DNA from: Eubacteriales bacterium
Lineage (GTDB): Bacteria; Bacillota; Clostridia; Oscillospirales; CAG-272
Length of the DNA stretch: 64,000 bases
Direction of reading: 5' to 3'
Assembly (NCBI GenBank): GCA_045531455.1
Contig: JAZSEA010000075.1
Span: 2,922-66,921, forward strand
Shown in pieces: positions 17,964 to 25,064 of the stretch (positions are counted from its first letter, which is position 1; each line of letters begins with the position of its first letter). A program made the position numbers and the translations under genes. Under the pieces are notes generated by a model that had not been told where the DNA came from, did no database searches, and saw nothing but the letters and a program-made list of their open reading frames with translations.

Positions 17964-19031
17964 ATGAACGATTACGATATCAGCGAAAGCAACAAGCCGA
18001 TCCCTGCGGCTAACAACATGCCCGTGGAATTTTCTCTCGAGAACAAGGAAGAACGCATCAGATTATTATCAAGAATAGATAAGAAACGGAATGCGGTGAT
18101 ATCAATATGGAAATACCTGACTCTCGTTATAGCATTTATCACGATATTTTTTGCTGTGTATTTTATATCTGTCGGCGATACAAAAGAAGATGGCAAACCT
18201 ACGGATATAATTAACAACTCGGAAAACTCTCCGAAGGATGAAACTGATAACGTAACAACATCTGCAAGACCGCAAAGAATTCCATTGACGGTGATCAACG
18301 AATCCGGACTTGAACTAAATATTGATTCATATCAAGGAAGCAATATCCTATCTTCGTTACCGCATGATTCGGAAAACAATATCCGAATCTTGGTGGTTAA
18401 TTCTCACTCATCGGAATTCGTTTCGGAAAACATATCGGTTTCGGAAGCAGGTCTGGTAATAACACAGCTATTGCAAACTGCGGGTATCGGAACCGAATAT
18501 TGCGTTGAAGCTTTTGATAAAGGCGGCAGAATAGGCGCGTATATAATGATGAAAGAAATGATCAGATCGGAATTAACGAGAAAGCCCGAACTCGTTTTGG
18601 TAATTGATATCCACAGCTCTGATTCCGGCACGCCGATAACTTTTACTGTCGGAACAGGCTCGGGATTCGGATGGGAAGAGAATCTTCGCGTAGCTCTTGG
18701 TGTTATTGATAATCTCGACGATATAGAAGCATCCGTCAGATTTCTGCCTGCAGATCTCGGACAGAACAGCGGCGTCGTTACTTTAAACATTGGTATCTGC
18801 GGTGCAGATGACAAGTCGGCAAGACGAGCAATATCGGCGCTGGTAAATGCAATAATAAATTTATATAATGAAAATCCCCGGAAAGATCCGGGGATTATTT
18901 TAGATCATAGTAACTTCGGAAAAAGAAAGACCGGCTTTAGAAAGAATGAATCTGACGGTATCCTCATCGGCAGAAAACTCGCCTTGCGTTCTGATGCAAG
19001 CTTTCTCCGATTCCCTGTAGATCAAGCCTGA
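17964..19031 (+). CDS. SpoIIP-like (stage II sporulation protein P family) membrane-anchored protein, divergent
   Basis: There is an N-terminal TM helix. The domain text parallels SpoIIP: ILVVNSHSSE (compare IYHTH.E), LVLVIDIHSSD (compare DIHRD), FTVGTGSGFGWEENLRVAL and LGQNSGVVTLNIG. The 3' end is uncertain because the ORF runs through a terminator hairpin. Confidence 0.5.
   Translation: MNDYDISESNKPIPAANNMPVEFSLENKEERIRLLSRIDKKRNAVISIWKYLTLVIAFITIFFAVYFISVGDTKEDGKPTDIINNSENSPKDETDNVTTSARPQRIPLTVINESGLELNIDSYQGSNILSSLPHDSENNIRILVVNSHSSEFVSENISVSEAGLVITQLLQTAGIGTEYCVEAFDKGGRIGAYIMMKEMIRSELTRKPELVLVIDIHSSDSGTPITFTVGTGSGFGWEENLRVALGVIDNLDDIEASVRFLPADLGQNSGVVTLNIGICGADDKSARRAISALVNAIINLYNENPRKDPGIILDHSNFGKRKTGFRKNESDGILIGRKLALRSDASFLRFPVDQA
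18873..18901. terminator. bidirectional terminator-like hairpin
   Basis: 10-bp stem AATCCCCGGA / TCCGGGGATT with loop AAGA, flanked by GAAAA upstream and ATTTT downstream. It directly abuts the stop of the minus-strand 122-aa gene. Confidence 0.6.
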
Positions 19032-19268
19032 AGCGAAGAAAGCCTTGATCTTGTCGTAAGCGGCTGAAACCTCTGTCGAAGAGAATCTCGCAAGTTCGTA
19101 TCTGATCTCGGACGGACATTTTTTGGGCAGCCGCTCTAATTCTTCACCGCAAGGATCCATTGCGTCGCAGATGTAAGCCTCGAGCTCACCTACGGGAATT
19201 ACCGCACCGCTTGCTGAATCATAAATATAATGAAATCCGTCGCTCGGATTGAAGATCGTGTAAGTCAT
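18900..19268 (-). CDS. hypothetical 122-aa protein
   Basis: Start chosen at ATG 19268 (MTYTIFNPSDGF), preceded by a strong RBS AAGGAGG. It overlaps the upstream gene's stop as ATGA. The longer 166-aa version in the track lies inside the upstream gene. Confidence 0.5.
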   Translation of the reverse strand: MTYTIFNPSDGFHYIYDSASGAVIPVGELEAYICDAMDPCGEELERLPKKCPSEIRYELARFSSTEVSAAYDKIKAFFASGLIYRESEKACIRTQGEFSADEDTVRFILSKAGLSFSEVTMI

Positions 19269-19714
19269 TTTAACCTCCTTGTTCTGTGTCGCTTCCTCTT
19301 TGCGGAAGATCTCGTTCTGCCGGATAAGAGCACACCGAGAAGCGGCAAGACAATTAATAATAAATGAAAGAAAAAAGAATAAGTTGGTGTGAGATCGCAT
19401 TCAGCGGAGGGAATTATCAGTCTGATTAGCGTAATCAAAATGACTAATGTGACCGATGAGGTGAGAGCGCAAAGATAACCTGTAGGTTTATCCAACGTTC
19501 TACCGGAAAAGTATCCGCCTATCGCTGATGCGAGAAGCAAACAAACTTGCGGCAAAATTCCCGCGAGCATCAACGTGTTGGGACTGTTGTATGCTATTAA
19601 TGCAGAGATGATCAAAAGCAACAGTCCCGATATGATCGTGGTGAGCAGGATCCTCGGGACTGTTGCAATAAAGGTATGCTTTGGATCGATATGCTGCTTT
19701 CTGACTTTTGCCAT
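19265..19714 (-). CDS. small integral membrane protein, possibly TIGR04086/YrzE-like
   Basis: 149 aa with about four hydrophobic helices and a very basic tail (KRKRHRTRRLK). It lies immediately downstream of yajC. The family assignment is from memory only. Confidence 0.45.
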   Translation of the reverse strand: MAKVRKQHIDPKHTFIATVPRILLTTIISGLLLLIISALIAYNSPNTLMLAGILPQVCLLLASAIGGYFSGRTLDKPTGYLCALTSSVTLVILITLIRLIIPSAECDLTPTYSFFFHLLLIVLPLLGVLLSGRTRSSAKRKRHRTRRLK

Positions 19715-19782
19715 AATAAACCTCCGGATATGAACTGATATATCATATTCAAGATCCGTGAAGCATATTCGTGATCCTATTA

Positions 19783-20133
19783 TTATTTCTTGCTTTCTTC
19801 AGCCTTGTCTTCAGAACCGTCCTGAGAGTTAGCCGCAACCTGAACGCGAGAAACAGCGGACTTGAGGAACTGGATTCTGGTGCGGTCTCTGGAAGAGATG
19901 ATGGTGATGGTCTCATCGGTGATATTTGTGATGATACCGACGATTCCGCCGATGGTAACGATCTCGTCGCCGATCGAGAGGGAATCACGCATCTGCTGGG
20001 TTTCCTTTTCCTGCTTCTTCTGAGGACGGATAGCAAAGAAATAGAATACCGCAAACATAATAACTATCATAATGATAGTGCCCCAGGTGCCAAAGCCTCC
20101 GGTGGGATCTGTAGCCTCTAAAAATGTAAACAT
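19783..20133 (-). CDS. yajC: preprotein translocase subunit YajC
   Basis: Contains MFAVFYFFAIRPQKKQEKE..MRDSL..GDEIVTIGGIVG. RBS is GGAGG. Confidence 0.9.
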   Translation of the reverse strand: MFTFLEATDPTGGFGTWGTIIMIVIMFAVFYFFAIRPQKKQEKETQQMRDSLSIGDEIVTIGGIVGIITNITDETITIISSRDRTRIQFLKSAVSRVQVAANSQDGSEDKAEESKK

Positions 20134-20240
20134 AAATGACCTCCGTGTGTTGTTTTACTTGATTATACACCAAAAAACCGAATTCTTCAATACCAAATCG
20201 TGAAATTTTATCTTAATTGGCAAAAAAAGAGCAAAAAAAC

Positions 20241-20269
20241 TTGAAAAATTCTTGTCTTTGTGATATACT
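20241..20269 (+). promoter_or_regulatory. sigma-A type promoter, TTGAAA-17-TGaTATACT
   Basis: -35 at 20241-20246 and -10 at 20264-20269, with an extended-10 TG. A-tracts lie upstream. It is 42 nt before the rimM ATG. Confidence 0.55.
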
Positions 20270-20310
20270 TTATAAGAATAAGTGTAATTTTACGCAAGGA
20301 GCATATTTCG

Positions 20311-20823
20311 ATGCAAACAGATAATAAGTATCTTGAATGCGGCAAGATCATAAATACGCATGGCATCAAGGGCGCGGTAAAACTCGAATCCTGGTGTGAC
20401 AGTCCCGAGACTCTTGCCGATCTTGAATATATTTACCTCAAGTCTGGCGACGGATTTGAAAAGCGAAGAGTAATATCAGCTACCGTTATGAAGAGACACG
20501 TAATGGCGTATATCGAAGGAATCACCGACATTGATGCAGCAGCCGCAATGAAGGAAACCGTTGTATATGCCGACAGAGACGATATCCCTCTCGCTGAAGG
20601 AGACTTCTTTATTTCCGATCTTATCGGACTTCCGGTTATCGACGTTGATTCGCGGATCGAATACGGAAAGATATCCGAGGTTTTCAATACCGGCGCATCG
20701 GATATTTATACGGTAAAAACAGAAGACGGCGAGCGTATGATCCCCGCTGTTCCTGAGTTTATTATCGAGATCGATGTTGAGCGCGGAGTTTTTGTCAGAC
20801 CTATCGAGGGGATGTTCAACTGA
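20311..20823 (+). CDS. rimM: 16S rRNA processing protein RimM
   Basis: Start chosen at ATG 20311 (MQTDNKYLECGKIINTHGIKGAVK), after RBS AAGGAG. The track's extension (from 20260) covers the promoter. Confidence 0.9.
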   Translation: MQTDNKYLECGKIINTHGIKGAVKLESWCDSPETLADLEYIYLKSGDGFEKRRVISATVMKRHVMAYIEGITDIDAAAAMKETVVYADRDDIPLAEGDFFISDLIGLPVIDVDSRIEYGKISEVFNTGASDIYTVKTEDGERMIPAVPEFIIEIDVERGVFVRPIEGMFN

Positions 20824-21518
20824 TGCGCTTTGATATTATGACGCTCTTTCCCGATCTTGTTTCGGGAATACTCTCCGAAAGCATAATCGGAAGAGCTCAA
20901 ATAGCGGGTTATCTCAGCGTCCACGCGCATAATATACGCGATTGGAGTGAGGATAAGAACAGGCGCGTAGACGATACACCTTACGGCGGAGGAATGGGAA
21001 TGCTTATGGCGGCTCCGCCTGTATATAATTGCTATAAGGCTGTAGTCGATATGGCTCCCGAGCTTAATACGCGTGTGATCTATATGTCTCCTAAGGGACG
21101 AGTACTTACACAAGATCGCGCCAAAGAGCTTAAAGAGAACTACGAGAGACTCATAATTCTTTGCGGTCACTACGAGGGCATAGATCAAAGGGTCCTGGAC
21201 GAGATCGTAGATGAAGAAGTTTCGATCGGAGATTACGTTCTTACCGGCGGAGAGTTACCGGCCTGCGTGCTCGTTGACTGTGTTTCGAGAATGATTGACG
21301 GAGTTCTTGCCGCTCCCGATTGCTACGAAAACGAAAGTATCGCCTCGGGGCTTCTTGAATATCCGCAGTACACAAGACCTTATGAATTTCACGGAAATAA
21401 GGTTCCCGATATTCTTTTGTCGGGACATCATGCAAAGATCGCGGAATGGAGATACAACGAATCTCTTCGTTTGACAGTTGAGAAACGTCCTGATCTTTTG
21501 GAGAATAAAAAGAATTAA
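20823..21518 (+). CDS. trmD: tRNA (guanine37-N1)-methyltransferase
   Basis: 231 aa. Contains MRFDIMTLFPD, DDTPYGGGMGM and CGHYEGIDQRV. It overlaps the rimM stop by 1 nt. Confidence 0.95.
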   Translation: MRFDIMTLFPDLVSGILSESIIGRAQIAGYLSVHAHNIRDWSEDKNRRVDDTPYGGGMGMLMAAPPVYNCYKAVVDMAPELNTRVIYMSPKGRVLTQDRAKELKENYERLIILCGHYEGIDQRVLDEIVDEEVSIGDYVLTGGELPACVLVDCVSRMIDGVLAAPDCYENESIASGLLEYPQYTRPYEFHGNKVPDILLSGHHAKIAEWRYNESLRLTVEKRPDLLENKKN

Positions 21519-21541
21519 TTTGTTTTGGTGGAGGTGAGGTT

Positions 21542-23530
21542 ATGAAAAAGAATGATCGGAAAAATCCGGGTGTCTTCATCGGATTGCTTTTTGCTTTCTG
21601 TCAGTATCTCTCTCACATATTTCATAACGGACCGATTTATTCCGCGCTTTCTTCTCATAACAGAGATAAGGATCTTTTCCACTCTTCCGCAACCGCAACT
21701 ATATCGCGAAGGATCGGAAAGGCGACGCGAAAGGGCTTTGAATCTGTAAAAAAATTCGTTTCAAGGCAATTTGAACGATCGCTGGTTTTACGCTTGATCT
21801 CCTCCACGATCGCAGGCATATTGAACCTTCAGGGTCGTGTTGTCGGAGCATTCTGTATGACTTGGGGCGCTTACGTCATCATCGTTTCACTTGTTAAAAA
21901 CTTTGCAATAGGCGAATTGATCTCAGTTACCTCCGATATCGGTATAGGTGCGCTTACTTTCCTGTCTTCGCTTCCTTTGATATTTACCGATAAGACCCTG
22001 CGCACGCTTTTCAGTGAAAGCCCGATCGTTTCCGTGGCGTTGACAAAGCTTTTCGGTGTTCCGAATGAAGTTTTCAGAACTGAAAAAACCAAAAAGGCGG
22101 GACAAAGCGGCGCCGTAGTGCTTGGCATAATCTTTGGATTGTTGACCTATTTTATACCCGCATTCCATATGGTTTGCGCTGTTGCGATCTCCGTATGCGT
22201 CGGATTGATCTTTGTTTACCCCGAGGGTGGTGTGCTGATATCTATCGCGATCGCTCCGCTTGTTGGAGTTCTTGAATCTCCTTCAATATTGCTCGGCGTG
22301 ACAGTGCTTATTACAGCTGTCTCTTACTTTGTTAAGGTTCTTCGTGGTAAAAGAGTGTTTACAACGGGAATAACGGGACTTTCTGTTTACGCATTTATGC
22401 TTGTTGTATTCCTCAGCGGATTTGCTCCGGGTCAAAGTAATACTATGGAAAATGCTCTTCTGTGCTGCTCGCTTATGCTGATATTCCCTCTTACCGTAAA
22501 TCTTATGAAATCGAGGAAGTGGATAAATGCCTGTATCATTGCGTTTGTTGTACCTTCTGCAATAGTCGCTTTCGTCGGTATTGCTGAATATTCACTTGGA
22601 TTGTCACCTTCTGGATGGGTGGACAGTACTTTGTTCTCCTCGATAGATTCCCGTGCGGTTTCGCTCTTTAATAATCCCAATATTCTCGGTGCTTATCTGG
22701 TTGCACTATTTCCGATGGCACTGTCGTTGACCTTGCCCAAATACAATACGAAGATCAGAGTCCTCGGCGGAATTGTTTCATTCTATATTGTATTGGCGAC
22801 CGCTTTCACCTTCTCGCGTTCTGCGTGGATCGCGCTTATTGCCGGCGGAATTCTTTTTGCAATGATGATCTCCCCAAAAGGGCTCCTTTGGCTCGTTCCT
22901 GTAGCGGGAATACTTGCGTTGGCTTCCTTGATATTCCCCGAAACTATCGGTGTGAGACTTTTTAATCTTGCATCGGTTGCCGATTCCGCCAATAACTATC
23001 GCATTGCCGTTTGGAACTCTTCGTGGAATCTTCTTTCGGATTGCTTCCTCTTCGGTATCGGTTGGGGAGAAGAAGCTTTCAGAACAGCATACCTTGCTTA
23101 CAGCGCGGAGGGCACTCAATATGCAATGCATTCGCACAGTCTGTATATGCAGGTTGCAATACAGTGTGGCGCAGTCGGCCTGCTTCTGTTGCTTACATCA
23201 GTATTTTGCGTATTCAGAAAATGTCTCAGTGCATCTTCCCGTTTGCTTAATCACAATTATTCTGCTTGGGATGCAAAAGCAGCTGTTTCTGGCGCAGTAG
23301 CAATAATGATTGTCGGCATCTTTGATTATTCTTGGTATAATTTCAGAGTATTTTTCATATTCTGGGCACTTCTGGCATATGCTTGTGACGTTATAAACGT
23401 AGAAAATTCGGAGAACGAATATTATATTGAAAGCATAGACGATGAGTATTATTCCTTCGTCAGAATAGAGATTCCTGTAGGCTCTGACAACTCAAAATCA
23501 GAGGAAGTAAAGGAGAAATCAAATGAGTGA
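21542..23530 (+). CDS. O-antigen ligase (Wzy_C)-like polytopic membrane protein
   Basis: 662 aa with more than 10 hydrophobic helices. Wzy_C-like text includes FTFSRSAWIALIAGG and HSHSLYMQV. Confidence 0.7.
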   Translation: MKKNDRKNPGVFIGLLFAFCQYLSHIFHNGPIYSALSSHNRDKDLFHSSATATISRRIGKATRKGFESVKKFVSRQFERSLVLRLISSTIAGILNLQGRVVGAFCMTWGAYVIIVSLVKNFAIGELISVTSDIGIGALTFLSSLPLIFTDKTLRTLFSESPIVSVALTKLFGVPNEVFRTEKTKKAGQSGAVVLGIIFGLLTYFIPAFHMVCAVAISVCVGLIFVYPEGGVLISIAIAPLVGVLESPSILLGVTVLITAVSYFVKVLRGKRVFTTGITGLSVYAFMLVVFLSGFAPGQSNTMENALLCCSLMLIFPLTVNLMKSRKWINACIIAFVVPSAIVAFVGIAEYSLGLSPSGWVDSTLFSSIDSRAVSLFNNPNILGAYLVALFPMALSLTLPKYNTKIRVLGGIVSFYIVLATAFTFSRSAWIALIAGGILFAMMISPKGLLWLVPVAGILALASLIFPETIGVRLFNLASVADSANNYRIAVWNSSWNLLSDCFLFGIGWGEEAFRTAYLAYSAEGTQYAMHSHSLYMQVAIQCGAVGLLLLLTSVFCVFRKCLSASSRLLNHNYSAWDAKAAVSGAVAIMIVGIFDYSWYNFRVFFIFWALLAYACDVINVENSENEYYIESIDDEYYSFVRIEIPVGSDNSKSEEVKEKSNE

Positions 23531-24104
23531 AGAAAATATGATCGAAAAGAAAAACAAAAAAACAAAAGAGCCCAAGCCTCCGAAAGCCGAAAAAAAGACC
23601 CGTAAAAGAGGAATCAATCTCCTTGACGCTCTGATCCTTCTCAGTATTGTTGCGGCAGTTGCGCTGATAGTATTGGTCTATTCTCCCGCTGAATTGTTTA
23701 ACGTCAATTCGGGTAATACAGATATTATATATTCTGTATGCATTTCAGGCGTACCTGCTGATTATGCAGGCGCGGTAAACGTCGGAGATATCGTTTCCGA
23801 TGTTGACGGTTACGAGCTTGGAGTAGTTGCGTCTGACGTTCAGGTAGAACCTCATATCATGTATCAATACAGCGAGCATGAAGACGGAAGCGGCAGCATC
23901 AACGAAATAAGCCACCCAGAGCTTGTTGATATTGTGATTACTGTATCCGCAAAAGCTAAAACGTCCGAGGACGGATATACCGTCGACGGTAGGCGTATCG
24001 CTCTTGAGGCCGAATATCAGCTCGTTTTCCCCGGATTTGAATCGAAAGGCATTTGTGTTTCTTTAAGCGAAGAAAACGCAAGTGAGGCAGGTGCTTCTAA
24101 ATGA
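23523..24104 (+). CDS. membrane-anchored protein, DUF4330-like
   Basis: A Lys-rich N-terminus is followed by an INLLDALILLSIVAAVALIV anchor and a beta-rich domain. It overlaps the upstream gene by 8 nt. The family call is from memory. Confidence 0.45.
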   Translation: MSEENMIEKKNKKTKEPKPPKAEKKTRKRGINLLDALILLSIVAAVALIVLVYSPAELFNVNSGNTDIIYSVCISGVPADYAGAVNVGDIVSDVDGYELGVVASDVQVEPHIMYQYSEHEDGSGSINEISHPELVDIVITVSAKAKTSEDGYTVDGRRIALEAEYQLVFPGFESKGICVSLSEENASEAGASK

Positions 24105-24601
24105 GTTCTGATAAAAATACAAATAAGCTGAGATTCAGCGTGATCGACGCAGTCATTCTTATTGTCATTCTTGCAGTCATCGCTTCGATGGTTCTGAGAT
24201 TTACGACGGATCTTCGTCTTTTCAATTACGATACCGAAAAGTACGTTGTTACCGTTAAGGCTTGCGGCATCAGATATACATCGATAGATATGATTTCATC
24301 CGAAGATAAGGTATTTCTTGCGGACGGAGAACTTCTCGGAACCCTTATGCACGCCCCGACAGTTACTCCTATGCTCAGCTATACCTTAACTTCCGCGGGC
24401 GAAATGGTAGCTGTATATTATCCCGATAATACACTTGTCGATATTATTCTCGAGATAGAGTGCGATCTGATCAACGAGAACGGCTCTGCAATGACAAAGA
24501 ACGGCGTTCATATCGCGTCAGGAGTTGTAATGGATGCGCATACTCCCGCAGTTGATCTCAATTTTGAGATAGTCAAAGTCGAAAAAACGATCACAGAATA
24601 A
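24101..24601 (+). CDS. membrane-anchored protein, DUF4330-like (second copy)
   Basis: The architecture is the same (FSVIDAVILIVILAVIASMVL anchor). It overlaps the previous gene as ATGA. Confidence 0.45.
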   Translation: MSSDKNTNKLRFSVIDAVILIVILAVIASMVLRFTTDLRLFNYDTEKYVVTVKACGIRYTSIDMISSEDKVFLADGELLGTLMHAPTVTPMLSYTLTSAGEMVAVYYPDNTLVDIILEIECDLINENGSAMTKNGVHIASGVVMDAHTPAVDLNFEIVKVEKTITE

Positions 24602-24665
24602 TTTTCTTGTTAATTATAACAACAAACTTAACCTAATTGCATTGCATTTTTATCGATTAATACTA

Positions 24666-24694
24666 TTGAATTTTACTTTGGAAATTGATATAAT
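24666..24694 (+). promoter_or_regulatory. sigma-A type promoter, TTGAAT-17-TGaTATAAT
   Basis: -35 at 24666-24671 and -10 at 24689-24694, upstream of ptsH. Confidence 0.45.
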
Positions 24695-24744
24695 TGAGTG
24701 TAACACAATTATAATTGCGCAAATTATGTAGTAAGGAGTCTTAC

Positions 24745-25008
24745 ATGATCCAGAGAGAGGTTAAGATCACAAACAACAGCGGCCTTCATGCCAGACCCGC
24801 AACCTTTTTTATCCAAAAGGCTAATACTTACAGAAGCGGCGTTTGGGTTGTTAAAGATGACCGTAAGGTAAGCGCAAAAAGTCTGCTCGGTGTTCTGTCT
24901 ATCGGAATTGCCAAGGGAATGACCATTACCCTTGTTGCTGACGGAGAGGATGAACAGGCTGCAATCGACGGACTTGTCGAACTTATTGAAACCGGTTTTA
25001 ACGACTAA
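24745..25008 (+). CDS. ptsH: phosphocarrier protein HPr
   Basis: Start chosen at ATG 24745, after AAGGAG. His15 context is NSGLHARPA and Ser46 context is KVSAKSLLGV. Confidence 0.9.
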   Translation: MIQREVKITNNSGLHARPATFFIQKANTYRSGVWVVKDDRKVSAKSLLGVLSIGIAKGMTITLVADGEDEQAAIDGLVELIETGFND

Positions 25009-25021
25009 AAGGATAAACAGA

Positions 25022-25054
25022 GGGTGGGAGTTATATACTTCCGCCCGTTTGTTT
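25022..25054 (+). terminator. putative terminator after ptsH
   Basis: Stem GGGUGGGAG / CUUCCGCCC (includes two G-U pairs) with a 7-nt loop, followed by GTTTGTTT. Confidence 0.45.
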
Positions 25055-25064
25055 AGGTGGATTT

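Noticed and set aside
19269-19400. The N-terminal 44-codon extension of the 166-aa minus-strand ORF.
   Set aside because: It lies inside the upstream membrane-protein gene in another frame. The internal ATG at 19268 has a near-perfect AAGGAGG RBS and an ATGA stop-start overlap.
20260-20310. The upstream extension of rimM (MIYFIRISVILRKEHIS).
   Set aside because: It uses a non-ATG start that falls within the predicted -10 region of the promoter. The conserved RimM N-terminus starts at ATG 20311, behind AAGGAG.
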